Source of the DNA: Octopus vulgaris
Lineage: Eukaryota
Assembly (NCBI GenBank): GCA_951406725.2
Contig: OX597822.1
Location: 100,874,001 to 100,938,000, forward strand
Length of the DNA: 64,000 nucleotides
Direction of reading: 5' to 3'
The notes under the pieces are model-generated. The model did not search any database. It was not told where the DNA came from and worked only from the letters and a program-made list of their open reading frames with translations. Shown here in pieces: positions 53,990 to 64,000 of this stretch. How positions within the stretch are numbered: position 1 is the stretch's first letter; each line of letters opens with the position of its first letter. The position numbers and the translations under genes were made by a program.

Positions 53990-54916
53990 TTGTGACTCCC
54001 TTCAGTCATGAATGACCATGGGATTACACCTATAAGGTTACCCTCCGAGGCAGAATGACCGTGGGATTACACCTAGAAGGTTACCCTCCGAGGCAGAATG
54101 ACCGTGGGATTACACCTAGAAGGTTACCCTCCGAGGCAGAATGACCGTGGGATTACACCTAGAAGGTTACCCTCCGAGGCAGAATGACCGTGGGATTACA
54201 CCTAGAAGGTTACCCTCCGAGGCAGAATGACCGTGGGATTACATCTAGAAGGTTACCCTCCAAGGCAGAATGACCGTGGGATTACATCTAGAAGGTTACC
54301 CTCCGAGGCAGAATGACCGTGGGATTACACCTAGAAGGTTACCCTCCGAGGCAGAATGACCGTGGGATTACACCTAGAAGGTTACCCTCCGAGGCAGAAT
54401 GACCGTGGGATTACACCTAGAAGGTTACCCTCCGAGGCAGAATGACCGTGGAATTACACCCAGAAGGTTACCCTCTGGGCAAGGTTGTTTATAGAAGACT
54501 AGCAGTCGCCCACGCATACCAGCCTCCCCTCTCCACGACACCGATGTTATCAAAGGGAAAGGCAAAGGCCGATAAGCTTGGCACCAGTGACGTCGCAGCT
54601 CATTTATTAACGTGCAAGTGGCTGAGCACTCCACAGATACGTGCACCCTTAACGTAGTTCTCGGGAAGATTCAGCATGACACAGAATGTGAAAAGGCTGG
54701 CCATTTGAAATACAGGTACAGCAGAAACAGGAAGATAAAGTGAGAGAAAGTTGTGGTGAAAGAGTACAGCAGGGTTCACCACTGCCCTCTGCCGGAGCCT
54801 CGTGAAGCTTTAGGTGTTTTCGCTCAATAAACACTCACAATGCCCGGTCTAGGAATCGAAACCACGATCCTACGACTGCGAGTCCGCTGCCCTAACCACT
54901 GGGCCATTGCGCCTCC
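53990..54916 (-). mobile_element. SINE family C chimera (head, part of tail 1, then tail 4) with internal tandem array
   Basis: 54606-54916 matches C/tail 1; it switches to a different tail at about 54605. Confidence 0.8.
54010..54475. repeat. 43-bp tandem repeat, about 11 copies
   Basis: Unit gaatgaccgtgggattacacctagaaggttaccctccgaggca, starting at 54010, 54053 ... 54440. Confidence 0.97.
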
Positions 54917-55904
54917 TGCTAAAATATAGCGCATCATATTTTAAAATATAACGTATTATGGTCGAGCAGCTCCTTTCACTGCCACGAAGTTCTGGGTTCG
55001 ATTCCACTGCAGGATATCCTGGGCAAATCTAATTTTCTATAGCCTTGTGTTGACCTATATATTGTGAGCGAATTTGAGTAAAAAGAAACTGTAAAGAAGC
55101 CTGCCGGATGGATTGTAGATGTAGTTCAAAAGTATAGCCTTGTTATCACATACACATATGTGTACATACACATACACACATACATACACACACACACAGA
55201 CTGTGTCACGTTTATTCTGCCTGAATTACGTTAAGGATACACGTTTCTGTGGAATACTCAGCCAGGTATATGCTAACTCAGGAGTAAGTCATTCAGTTAA
55301 TCGAACAACTGCATCCACGTCATTAATTGAGATAGAGAGAGAGGCAAAAAGAGGGAGAGAGAGGCAGAAAGTGGGAGAGAGAGAAAGACAGAGTTAACAT
55401 AAGAGACGCATAATGAGTGCACATACTAGGTTTGATGGCAGGCAATGGGTAAATGAAAGCTACTTCCTCCGCACACTGTGAGACAGAAGGAGTTAAAAGG
55501 GAAGTAAGTGTGTGTTTGCGTATGTGTGTGCTTGTTTGTGTGTATGTGTGTTTGCGTGTGTATGTTTGTTTGTGTTTCTGTGTGTTTGTATGTGTGCGCG
55601 TGTGTAGCAAGCTCTCTAGTGATGTTTCGACAATTTAACATCCAATATTCAATTTAACATCCAATATTCAGCCAGTGGGAGAAAACCTTACACTGAGCTA
55701 CTGCGAAAATGTCGCTTTGCTCGTGTAGTGTCGGTGACCAAAATGTCGTCCTACGCACAAAAGTGTTAAAAGCCACTGTAATTGAAAACGCATGACGAAA
55801 AGTATTGTCGTGGATATGGATTCAGGTGATATTGGATCTATTATCTACAACCATATTTAGTAAATTCCCCAGCTTCTCTGTCAGATTTACCACGCGATAA
55901 ATTT

Positions 55905-56426
55905 TACTAATAACTTCAATGACACTCTGTCAGATTTTTAACCAGAAATATTTTGTCGTGAAATGGCAGCTGTGTTTTGTATGTTCACAATTTTTTCTCA
56001 GACAGACGTCTATCGTCTGCTCAATGCTTTCAGAGATGCTGCTTTAGATAAGCTTAGTTAATACCGTTAATGTACTCTGATCTTTTAATTATCGTCGTGT
56101 ATATATATATGTTCACAATTTTTTCTCAGACAGACGTCTATTCAATGCTTTCAGGGATGTTGCTTTGGATAAGGTTAGTTAATACTGTTCATATGCTATG
56201 ATCTTTTAATTATCGTCGTGTATATATATATATATATATATATATACACGACGATAATTAAAAGATCAGAGTACATTAACTAAGCTTATCTAAAGCACCA
56301 TCTCTGAAAGCATTGAATAGACGTCTGTCTGAGAAAAAATTGTGAACATACGAAACACAGCTGCCATTTCACGACAAAATATTTCTTATTAAAAATCTGA
56401 CATAGTGTCATTGAAGTTACTAGTAA
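55905..56426. repeat. three copies (two direct, one inverted) of a probable mariner-like terminus around (TA)n
   Basis: 55981-56102 is repeated at 56109-56222; 55905-56102 is inverted at 56245-56426. Confidence 0.8.
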
Positions 56427-56444
56427 TCTCTTTATATATAATCT

Positions 56445-56602
56445 CGGGATCTTTCCTTCTCCTATGTTTCCGACGAAGAGCTCCGCTCGAAACGTTAAAC
56501 CCTCCTTCTTCCCTTCTTTCCTGAGCGTCCAATAATACTTTATTTGTTCCACGTCCTCGCGTTGCTGTGTTTTTTTTTTGTGTTTTCTTGTTTGGATTAA
56601 CA
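56445..56602 (+). mobile_element. Penelope-type terminal repeat with minimal hammerhead (56466-56500)
   Basis: gttt-CCGACGA-a-gagc tcc gctc-GAAA-cgtt-aaac. Confidence 0.8.
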
Positions 56603-56621
56603 CTATATATATATATGACGA

Positions 56622-56698
<77 letters not shown>

Positions 56699-57364
56699 GT
56701 GTGTGTGTGTATACATCGTATATACATATATGCGTACATACATCATACATGCGAACGTCTGTACATAGATCATAGATGCATATAAACTTACATATTTATA
56801 TAATCGAATCTACATATATAGAAATATACAAATACTTACACATACATGTACTACACGGGCACAAATACAGACACACACGGATACACACACGTGTGTGTAT
56901 ATGTTTATGTATATGTACATGAATATATATACATACATGTCGTAGATGTACATATGTTCACGCACACACACATGCATACACACACTCTTATAAACACCTA
57001 CGCGCACACGCAAATAAAACAGTCATACTAATAACTGAGGTATTTGAACTATGATATGTTCTTAGAATAATCCAAAGATTGGGAATAAAAATCGTAACAA
57101 AAATCGTAGCAACTGCGAACATGTGAGCATCAGTGACAAAAATGAAGTAGAGCTGTTCTCAGTTATAAGGCTAACGGTTCGTTAATCTCGTTGTACGGAG
57201 AAAATTTTGTATAAGGAAGATCGTTATAAATCGAATATATCAACCGGCTCGGAATACTATTTGTAACCAATCCAATTTCATTGTTATTGATCTTACGAAA
57301 AATTGGAAAGCTATCAGATCTTTCAGTTTCTCCTCTAGAAATCCGAGGCTTTATCTTTCATCTC

Positions 57365-57560
57365 TTCCTTGTTTCAATCGTTGGGGCGCGGCCATACTGG
57401 GGCACCACTTTAAAGAGCTTAGTCGAACAAATCGAACCCAGTACTTATTTGCAAGTCCGGTACCTATTCTACCGGTCTTTGTTGCCGAAGCGCTAAGTTA
57501 CGAGGGCGTAAACTAACCAACACTGATTATCAGGTAGTGGTGGGAGACAAATATCACATA
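57365..57560 (-). mobile_element. SINE family B 3' half, diverged
   Basis: B tail blocks. Confidence 0.7.
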
Positions 57561-57602
57561 TACAGCATCACACACACAATCACACGTCCCACCATTCCCA
57601 CC

Positions 57603-57642
<40 letters not shown>

Positions 57643-57644
<2 letters not shown>

Positions 57645-57808
57645 AAATATTAGGGTTTAATTCACAGGCGATATAAACGATTAGGTACGCTAGGTAAGTG
57701 CTGTAACGGATTACTAGGGCTCCAAGGTCATAGCTGAGACGGTAGATTTCCGTTGCAGCGGATATATGTGTTAAAGAGGACGACAAATATTAAAGCAAGG
57801 CAGACATC
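57643..57808 (-). mobile_element. terminal fragment of the Penelope-like family at 4060-5855
   Basis: 57768-57808 is the reverse complement of 5813-5849; it abuts (TA)n. Confidence 0.55.
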
Positions 57809-57820
57809 TCTTTAGTTGGG

Positions 57821-58075
57821 CCGAGACTTTGATCATCCCAGAGCTCTGGTAATTCCGGGGCTTTGGTCAGCCCGGGGCTTTGGTCAGCCCGGGGCTTTGG
57901 TCAGCCCGGGGCTTTGGTCAGCCCGGGGCTTTGGTCAGCCCGGGGCTTTGGTCAGCCCGGGGCTTTGGTCAGCCCGGGGCTTTGGTCAGCCCGGGGCTTT
58001 GGTCAGCCCGGGGCTTTGGCCAGCCCGGGGCTTTGGTCAGACCGGGGTTTTGGCCAACGCGGAGCTTTTGTCGGC
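57821..58075. repeat. 17-bp minisatellite ccggggctttggtcagc, 11 near-perfect plus about 4 degenerate copies
   Basis: Period 17 starting at 57855. Confidence 0.95.
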
Positions 58076-58955
58076 CTGCAGTGGGACTGAAACAACATCA
58101 ACTTCTTAATCCCAGAGCCACGCTTGGGCCCACGTTATCTCCGGGTTAGAGATTCATTTCAAGTTACATTAGAGCTCAGTAAAACGCCTTAACGACTCAA
58201 CTTTGATTCCTTCTCGAAATTCAGTGATTTAAGTTTCGGTTGAATATAATTTCTTTGGAAATGGTGTGAATGTCATAGTCTCGTTTTTTATCCAAATAAA
58301 TGAATTTTTTGTATCTTATCATAAAGAAATCAGCATAGCGTTATTAGTTTTGAGGCATGTTGATGAAACACCTCAAAATTAAGAAGGGGGGATTTGTTAT
58401 TTTTCTTCCCTTGTTTTTCTGTTGTTGTTGTAGTTTACCTCTTGGTTTGTCTTGATCGAGTAGACTATGATGAAAAGCATACCATTCATGACTATTCTGT
58501 ATTTCTTTCGGGTATTACCAATCCAGAACTACATTATCTTATATATATATCTTACGAACTCAGAACTGCGTTGGTTGTTAATTCTATCGGGTACAGAGGT
58601 CAGTAATGTATTCTAGTAATATTTTCTTCCCTTGTTTTTCGGTTGAATATAATTTCTTTGGAGATGGTGTGAATGTCATAGTCTAGTTTTTCTATTAAGT
58701 TTTTTCATAGTCTTGTTTTTCTACTAAGAGCCTAAGCTCTTAGGCGCTCAAAGGATCACAGATCTTCTAGCAAAATATGGTAGATATAGCTAGTCATAGA
58801 ATATATAATTTTTCAGCTTAGGCTTTGGAGAAATTGTTATGCTCAGAGCTCTTCTTGGTCTTTACAGAAGTGTGAGATAATGCGATTGTTGTAAAGCTTC
58901 TGATTTTGGATGTCGAGGTCTGTGAGTGAAGTGTTAACAGAAAAGAAAGCTGATA

Positions 58956-59150
58956 GGGCGACGGATTGGCAGAATCGTTAGAGTGCCGGAAAGATTCCAT
59001 GTAGTATTTGTGTTCAAATCTCACCGAGGTCAACTGTCTCTCTTCCTTCAAGGATCGATAAAATAGCAGCCAAGTGCGTGGTCAACAGTATCGACGACCT
59101 CTCTCTCTTCAAAATTATTAACCTCATACCAAAATTTGAAACCATTATTA
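58956..59150 (+). mobile_element. SINE family A, diverged (second tail type)
   Basis: ggattggcagaatcgttag..gttcaaatctcaccgaggtc..accaaaatttgaaacc. Confidence 0.75.
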
Positions 59151-59590
59151 GGAAAGTTTCATGAAGGGAATTAAATTCCAGGACGACAGGCCTCGGAATT
59201 TCTGACGAATAGCTTAAGGAGAGGTGAAGAAAAGCTGTGCATATCAATTACTACATCACTAGGAAAGCTACGTTGAGAGACTTAAATTCCCCTGGAAGGT
59301 AGTTTACGGAATTTTTTATGAAGATCTTAAGGAAACGGAAATCCCACCACACAAAAAGCTTGGTATACCAGATTTTTTAAAGCTTAAAAAAACCCCAACA
59401 AAAGCAAAAAAACATTAGCCGTGCTATTTCACGACATCATGTATTTGTACAAAATGTCCACCACATCCTGATGTAAGCCATTTGTACTTTTTGTACCAAT
59501 TCGAACCACAGTGTATTCTTTGTTGCCTACATTCAATTGATCGTATTATTTTACTCAGAAAAACACAATATTTCATTGTATCATAGTTAA

Positions 59591-59930
59591 GATATTTCTC
59601 TCTTAACCTATAAAGGTTTTACATAGGGGGGACGTTACAAGGACAGACAAGGGACATTCAGGGTACAAACTCGCCTCTTACATACAGCGTGAAAAACCGG
59701 ATGGATTTACATATATTGTGAATGAGGGTTAAAAATATAAATATAAATGATGAACGGATGAGTTTTGGGTCCGGGTTAGTGAGTTAACCCACCGGTTAGT
59801 TATCCCTTTTTAGTAATCTTTTTCCTTCCTTTTATGCTCCGACCAACCGTGCATTCTCATCTTTCTTACCACTGTCGTCCATCTTTTTCCAAACGTTCTT
59901 TGCGGCAGGCTCCCAACTCTCAAGAGTATC
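59591..59930 (-). mobile_element. LINE 3' end (L1/Tx1-like)
   Basis: Decayed C-terminus LRV....RTFGKRWTTVVRKMRMHG; the 3' UTR ends in the SINE A tail motif. Confidence 0.5.
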
Positions 59931-60675
59931 ATAGTTAACAGAATCAACAAAGATTTCAGTGAGGGTTATAATTCCGTGTATGATATCATACTTAATTTTC
60001 AATGATGTCATACTATTGCACATCATCATCTGTACAATATTAATCACCGTTCTGTGATTCTTCGATCTGTGATGGTGAAATATGTTCTATGATGTCATTG
60101 TATGATGTCATATTACCAATATTATGATTCAAAACAGAAACTACGCATAAATAAGAAAAGAACCAAACTTTCTTTTAATGTAAGATTACAACTCATTTAT
60201 ATTACATTTATGTTTACATAAGAGTTATGAAAACTACTGGATAATCCTTGAATATCCCCTATAGCGAAAACAAAAAAAATATTTTTAAGTAGAAAAAAAA
60301 TGGAGAAGGTTGAAAGGGAAAGATATGCAGTTAATCAAGAGGTCAATAGAGGAAGGTAACGAAACAAGAATTTGAAAAGTAATATGGAAACTATATATAT
60401 ATATGTGTGTGTGTGTCTTTGTGTTACTACCATACTTAACGTATAATCACCATTGAAAGGCAAGCCGCTGTGGTTTTTGTCTGTTTCAATTGCATATAAC
60501 GAGTTTATTACAACAAGCTTTGCGTAACATTAGTGAATGTATTATTCACCGTTTGCTATATATCGAAAGGGACAAACTTCCTTTAGGCATGTGACAAATA
60601 GGTACATGTCATTGACGAGGAATAAAAAGGTCGAAGCGCATTTATCATTCTTGTGAAAATGATGTTCGGTTCGCT

Positions 60676-60731
<56 letters not shown>

Positions 60732-61480
60732 GTTTTTTCAAAACATGTTCATATGAAGAATTTCTCTTAGACAAAAGCAACTGTATGGTTACTTTGAATG
60801 GTGATTATACGTTAGGTATGGTACACAAATATTTTAATTCAACACCGAGGATCTATCTATCTACCTACCTATCTTTTGTTCCTTTTCCTTTTTTTCTTTT
60901 TTTAATTTTTAAAAAAATTTCTTTTTTGTTCTTTTTTTCCCTTTTACGATCCCTTTTGATCGAAAACCTACGCCATCTTTTTTTTTGTTTCTTTTGTTTT
61001 TTGTTTTTTGTTTTTTTCATCCCCCAAAAGAAAAGCTCTACCTTGTAACTAGTCCCATCTGTGTACAGCCCTGTGTGGCCAATAAAGAAACTTATCTACC
61101 TACCTATCTACCTACCTATCTATCTACCTACCTATCTACCTGCCTGCCTACCTACCTGCCAGCCTACCCCCCTGTCTGCCTACCTGTCTGCCTACCTGTC
61201 TGCCTACCTGCCTGCCTGTCTGCCTGCCTGCCTGCCTACCTGCCTGCCTGCCTGTCTGCCTGCCTGTCTGCATGTCTGCCTGCCTGCCTGTGTGAGAAAG
61301 TCTATTTGTATACATGCATGTATGTATCTTTGTATGCGTGTGTTTCTCTATGCCCGCGTGTATCTTTTGTGCGTGTGTGCATAAATAAAGAGAATTGAGC
61401 ATATCTTACTGGAGCCTCCTTTTACATTGCAGTAGTTACTTGTACCACTACAACAAATGTGCAGATGTGTGTGTGTATGT

Positions 61481-61520
<40 letters not shown>

Positions 61521-61669
61521 TAATATAAACAGCTAAGCGCAATATAATACCATAATGCAAAACTTTTATCGTCACTAATTGTGACTGAGGGTGCCGAAGC
61601 ACCTATATTGCAAGAAATGAGAGTTAAAACTCTTAATGCTGTAAGAAGCGCGCAATATGTATATATATC

Positions 61670-61781
61670 TTCCATCTACATCAGAAACCGTCTGGACTGC
61701 AGTTTTTTCAACCTCCGGCGCCTACAGGCCCACACCAAGACTCAAAATCGATTGATCCAGGACCTCATCTTTGCAGATGAT

Positions 61782-61829
<48 letters not shown>

Positions 61830-62730
61830 GCGCTGCAGTGCATCACATTCTGCGCTTTGCAGAGGCCGTCCAGCTCTTCGGGCTGGAAGTAAGCTTGAAA
61901 AAGACTGAATTCCTACACCAACCAGCTTCCCAACAAGAGTACAGGATGCCCCACATCACCATTGGCGAAACAGAACTGAAGTCGGTACAGCAGTTCACTT
62001 ATCTTGGCTGTACCATTTCATCAGATGCGAGTATCGACAAAGGAATTGACAACAGACTTGCAAAGGCAAACGAAGCATTTGGCAGACTGCACAAGCGTGT
62101 GTGGAATAATAAGCATCTTAAGATCAGCACAAAAGTCAGAGCTACAGGGTCGTCGTCTTCACGGCCTTGAGTCCTGGGTCCCCTACTGCTATCATCTCAG
62201 TGTCCTTGAACGTTTTTATCATCGCTGAGTTCGTACCATCCTCAACATCTACTGGAGAAATCACATCATCAACACTGAGGTCCCCAAGCGAGTAGAGGTC
62301 ACCAGCCTGGAAGCCATTTTACTTGAGATATGACTACGTTGGGCAGGACACGTTGACAGAACGAAAGACCAGTAAGCTCACCACTGGCCACCGCTACGGG
62401 GGCACCAAAGAAGCGTTACAAGGACTGCATGAAGCAGTTCCTTAGCGTTTGTGAGATTGATTATCGTGGTTGGTCCACTCTAACAGCTGACCGTGTTGCT
62501 TGACGCTTTACCATCAGCGGTGCTGTTTCCTCCTTTGAGATCTCTCACAGTGCTTCTCTTAAAGACAAACTTTAGAAAGCGAAAAAATAATGCAGCTGCA
62601 TCATCAGACCCTGGGCAACCATATCTCTGTCATCATTGCAATCGGATATGTCAATCCTACATCGGCCTTATCACCCACGAACGAGCATGCGGACGACGTG
62701 GACAACAGCCTTCCTAATCTTCGTCAGCGT
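61670..62730 (+). mobile_element. RTE/BovB-like LINE 3' part, decayed
   Basis: FNLRRLQAHTK..LIFADD, FGLEVSLKKTE, FTYLG.IS, RLAKA..AFGRL, WAGHV, and C..C.R.C.SYIGL..H.RAC. Confidence 0.93.
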
Positions 62731-62740
62731 ATATATATAT

Positions 62741-63123
62741 AGTTAATCCAAACAAGAAAACACACAAAAAAACACACCAACGCGAGGACGTGGAACAAAT
62801 AAGGTATTATTGGACGCTCAGGAAAGAAGGGAAGAAGGAGGGTTTAACGTTTCGAGCGGAGCTCTTCGTCGGAAACATAGGAGAAGGAAAGATCCCGAGA
62901 AGGGAAGACAGAGGAAAAAAATCGCCAGCGATACTCACGAGGTCACATATTGAAAGACCGGAAGTAGAAAGGTAGAAGGATGTTTTTTAAGAACAGGAGA
63001 GTTTTCAAAGACAGTAGGTAGTATGTCAAAGACAAGGAAAGTGAGAGGGGGAATGTGTGTGGATGTGTGCGTACGTGGAGGTCTGCGTGTGCGCGCGTGT
63101 GTGTATGTGTGCAATGATGACAC

Positions 63124-63187
<64 letters not shown>

Positions 63188-63940
63188 ATGTATGTAGGGC
63201 GAACAACTGGCTAGTAGCTGGCCAGTAGTAAGAATAAGGAGTGGTGTTTTTTGCGTCCAGCCACAGGTCAAAACAAAGAGGTATGTGTGTGTGCGTGTAT
63301 GTATATGTATCGTGTGTGTGTTTTGTTTGTAGTGTGTGTGTGTGTGTATGTGTGTGTTCGTGTGTGTATGCGTAGAGTTTGGGTGTGTGGAGAGTAACTG
63401 TGCTTAACTTAGTGTATGTGTGCGTGTGTGCTTGTACGTGCGTGTGTGCGTATATATATGTATGTATAATTATGTGCGTGTATGTATAATTGTGTGCCGT
63501 GTGTATGGGATGTATGTGTGGGTTCATTTGTGTGTGTGTGTGTGTGTGTATGTATGTGCGTGTAGTTGTGTGTGCGTATGTATGTGTGTGTGTCTGTGCT
63601 TATATGTGTGTACGTATGTGTATGTGTGCGTGCGCGTGTAGGTATATATTGTGTGTATGCATATGTGTCGGTGTGTATGTGAATTTGTGTGTGTTTGTAC
63701 GTGTGTATGTGTGTGTGCGTGTATTGTATATATATATGTAAATGTGTGTGTGTGTGTGTGTGCGTGTGTATGTACGTGCGTGCGAGTGAATGTATGTATA
63801 TATGTGCGTGTGTGTACAAATGTAGAGGTTTATATGTGTGTTTATATGTTTTTATGTGTGTATATATATGTATGCAAGCACACACTTTATAATTGAAAGA
63901 TTGATGGAAAAAAGAAATTGGTGTGGGTGTATGTGAATCC
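62741..63940 (-). mobile_element. Penelope-type 3' region and terminal repeat with minimal hammerhead (62842-62876)
   Basis: 62741-62950 is the reverse complement of 45767-45968; upstream C/A-rich low-complexity sequence resembles 40730-41360. Confidence 0.75.
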
Positions 63941-64000
63941 ACAGGCACACACACACACACTGACGCACATACACATATACATACATGCTTGTATATTATC

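Noticed and set aside
54010-54475. CRISPR-like regular array
   Set aside because: The units are contiguous with no unique spacers, there are no cas genes, and the context is a eukaryotic SINE.
57816-58149. Repetitive G/P/W-rich ORFs resembling structural protein
   Set aside because: The 17-bp period gives the same peptide in all three frames; it is a minisatellite artefact.

Overview
This is AT-rich eukaryotic non-coding DNA, very dense in microsatellites. The tRNA-derived SINEs and the repeat make-up point to an octopus/cephalopod genome (inferred from recall, not from a search). I cannot support any host protein-coding gene. Most long ORFs are microsatellite translations and the recognisable ones are decayed transposon fragments: a Tc1-like transposase, RTE, CR1, R4/Dong-like, Hero-like and Tx1-like LINE pieces, and Penelope RT/GIY-YIG pieces. 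About four SINE head types occur in dozens of copies, along with non-autonomous Helitrons, two GGATC-ended TIR elements with 8-bp target site duplications (TSDs), and a probable solo LTR. The most notable unannotated signal is eight hammerhead ribozyme motifs from about six Penelope-type terminal-repeat families. They include dimer-type minimal forms and repeated non-canonical cores (CCGANGA, UUGAAAA). Also notable are SINE tail swapping, a SINE-LINE tail match, minisatellites born from SINEs, and microhomology-joined rearrangements. Boundaries of diverged repeats are approximate.
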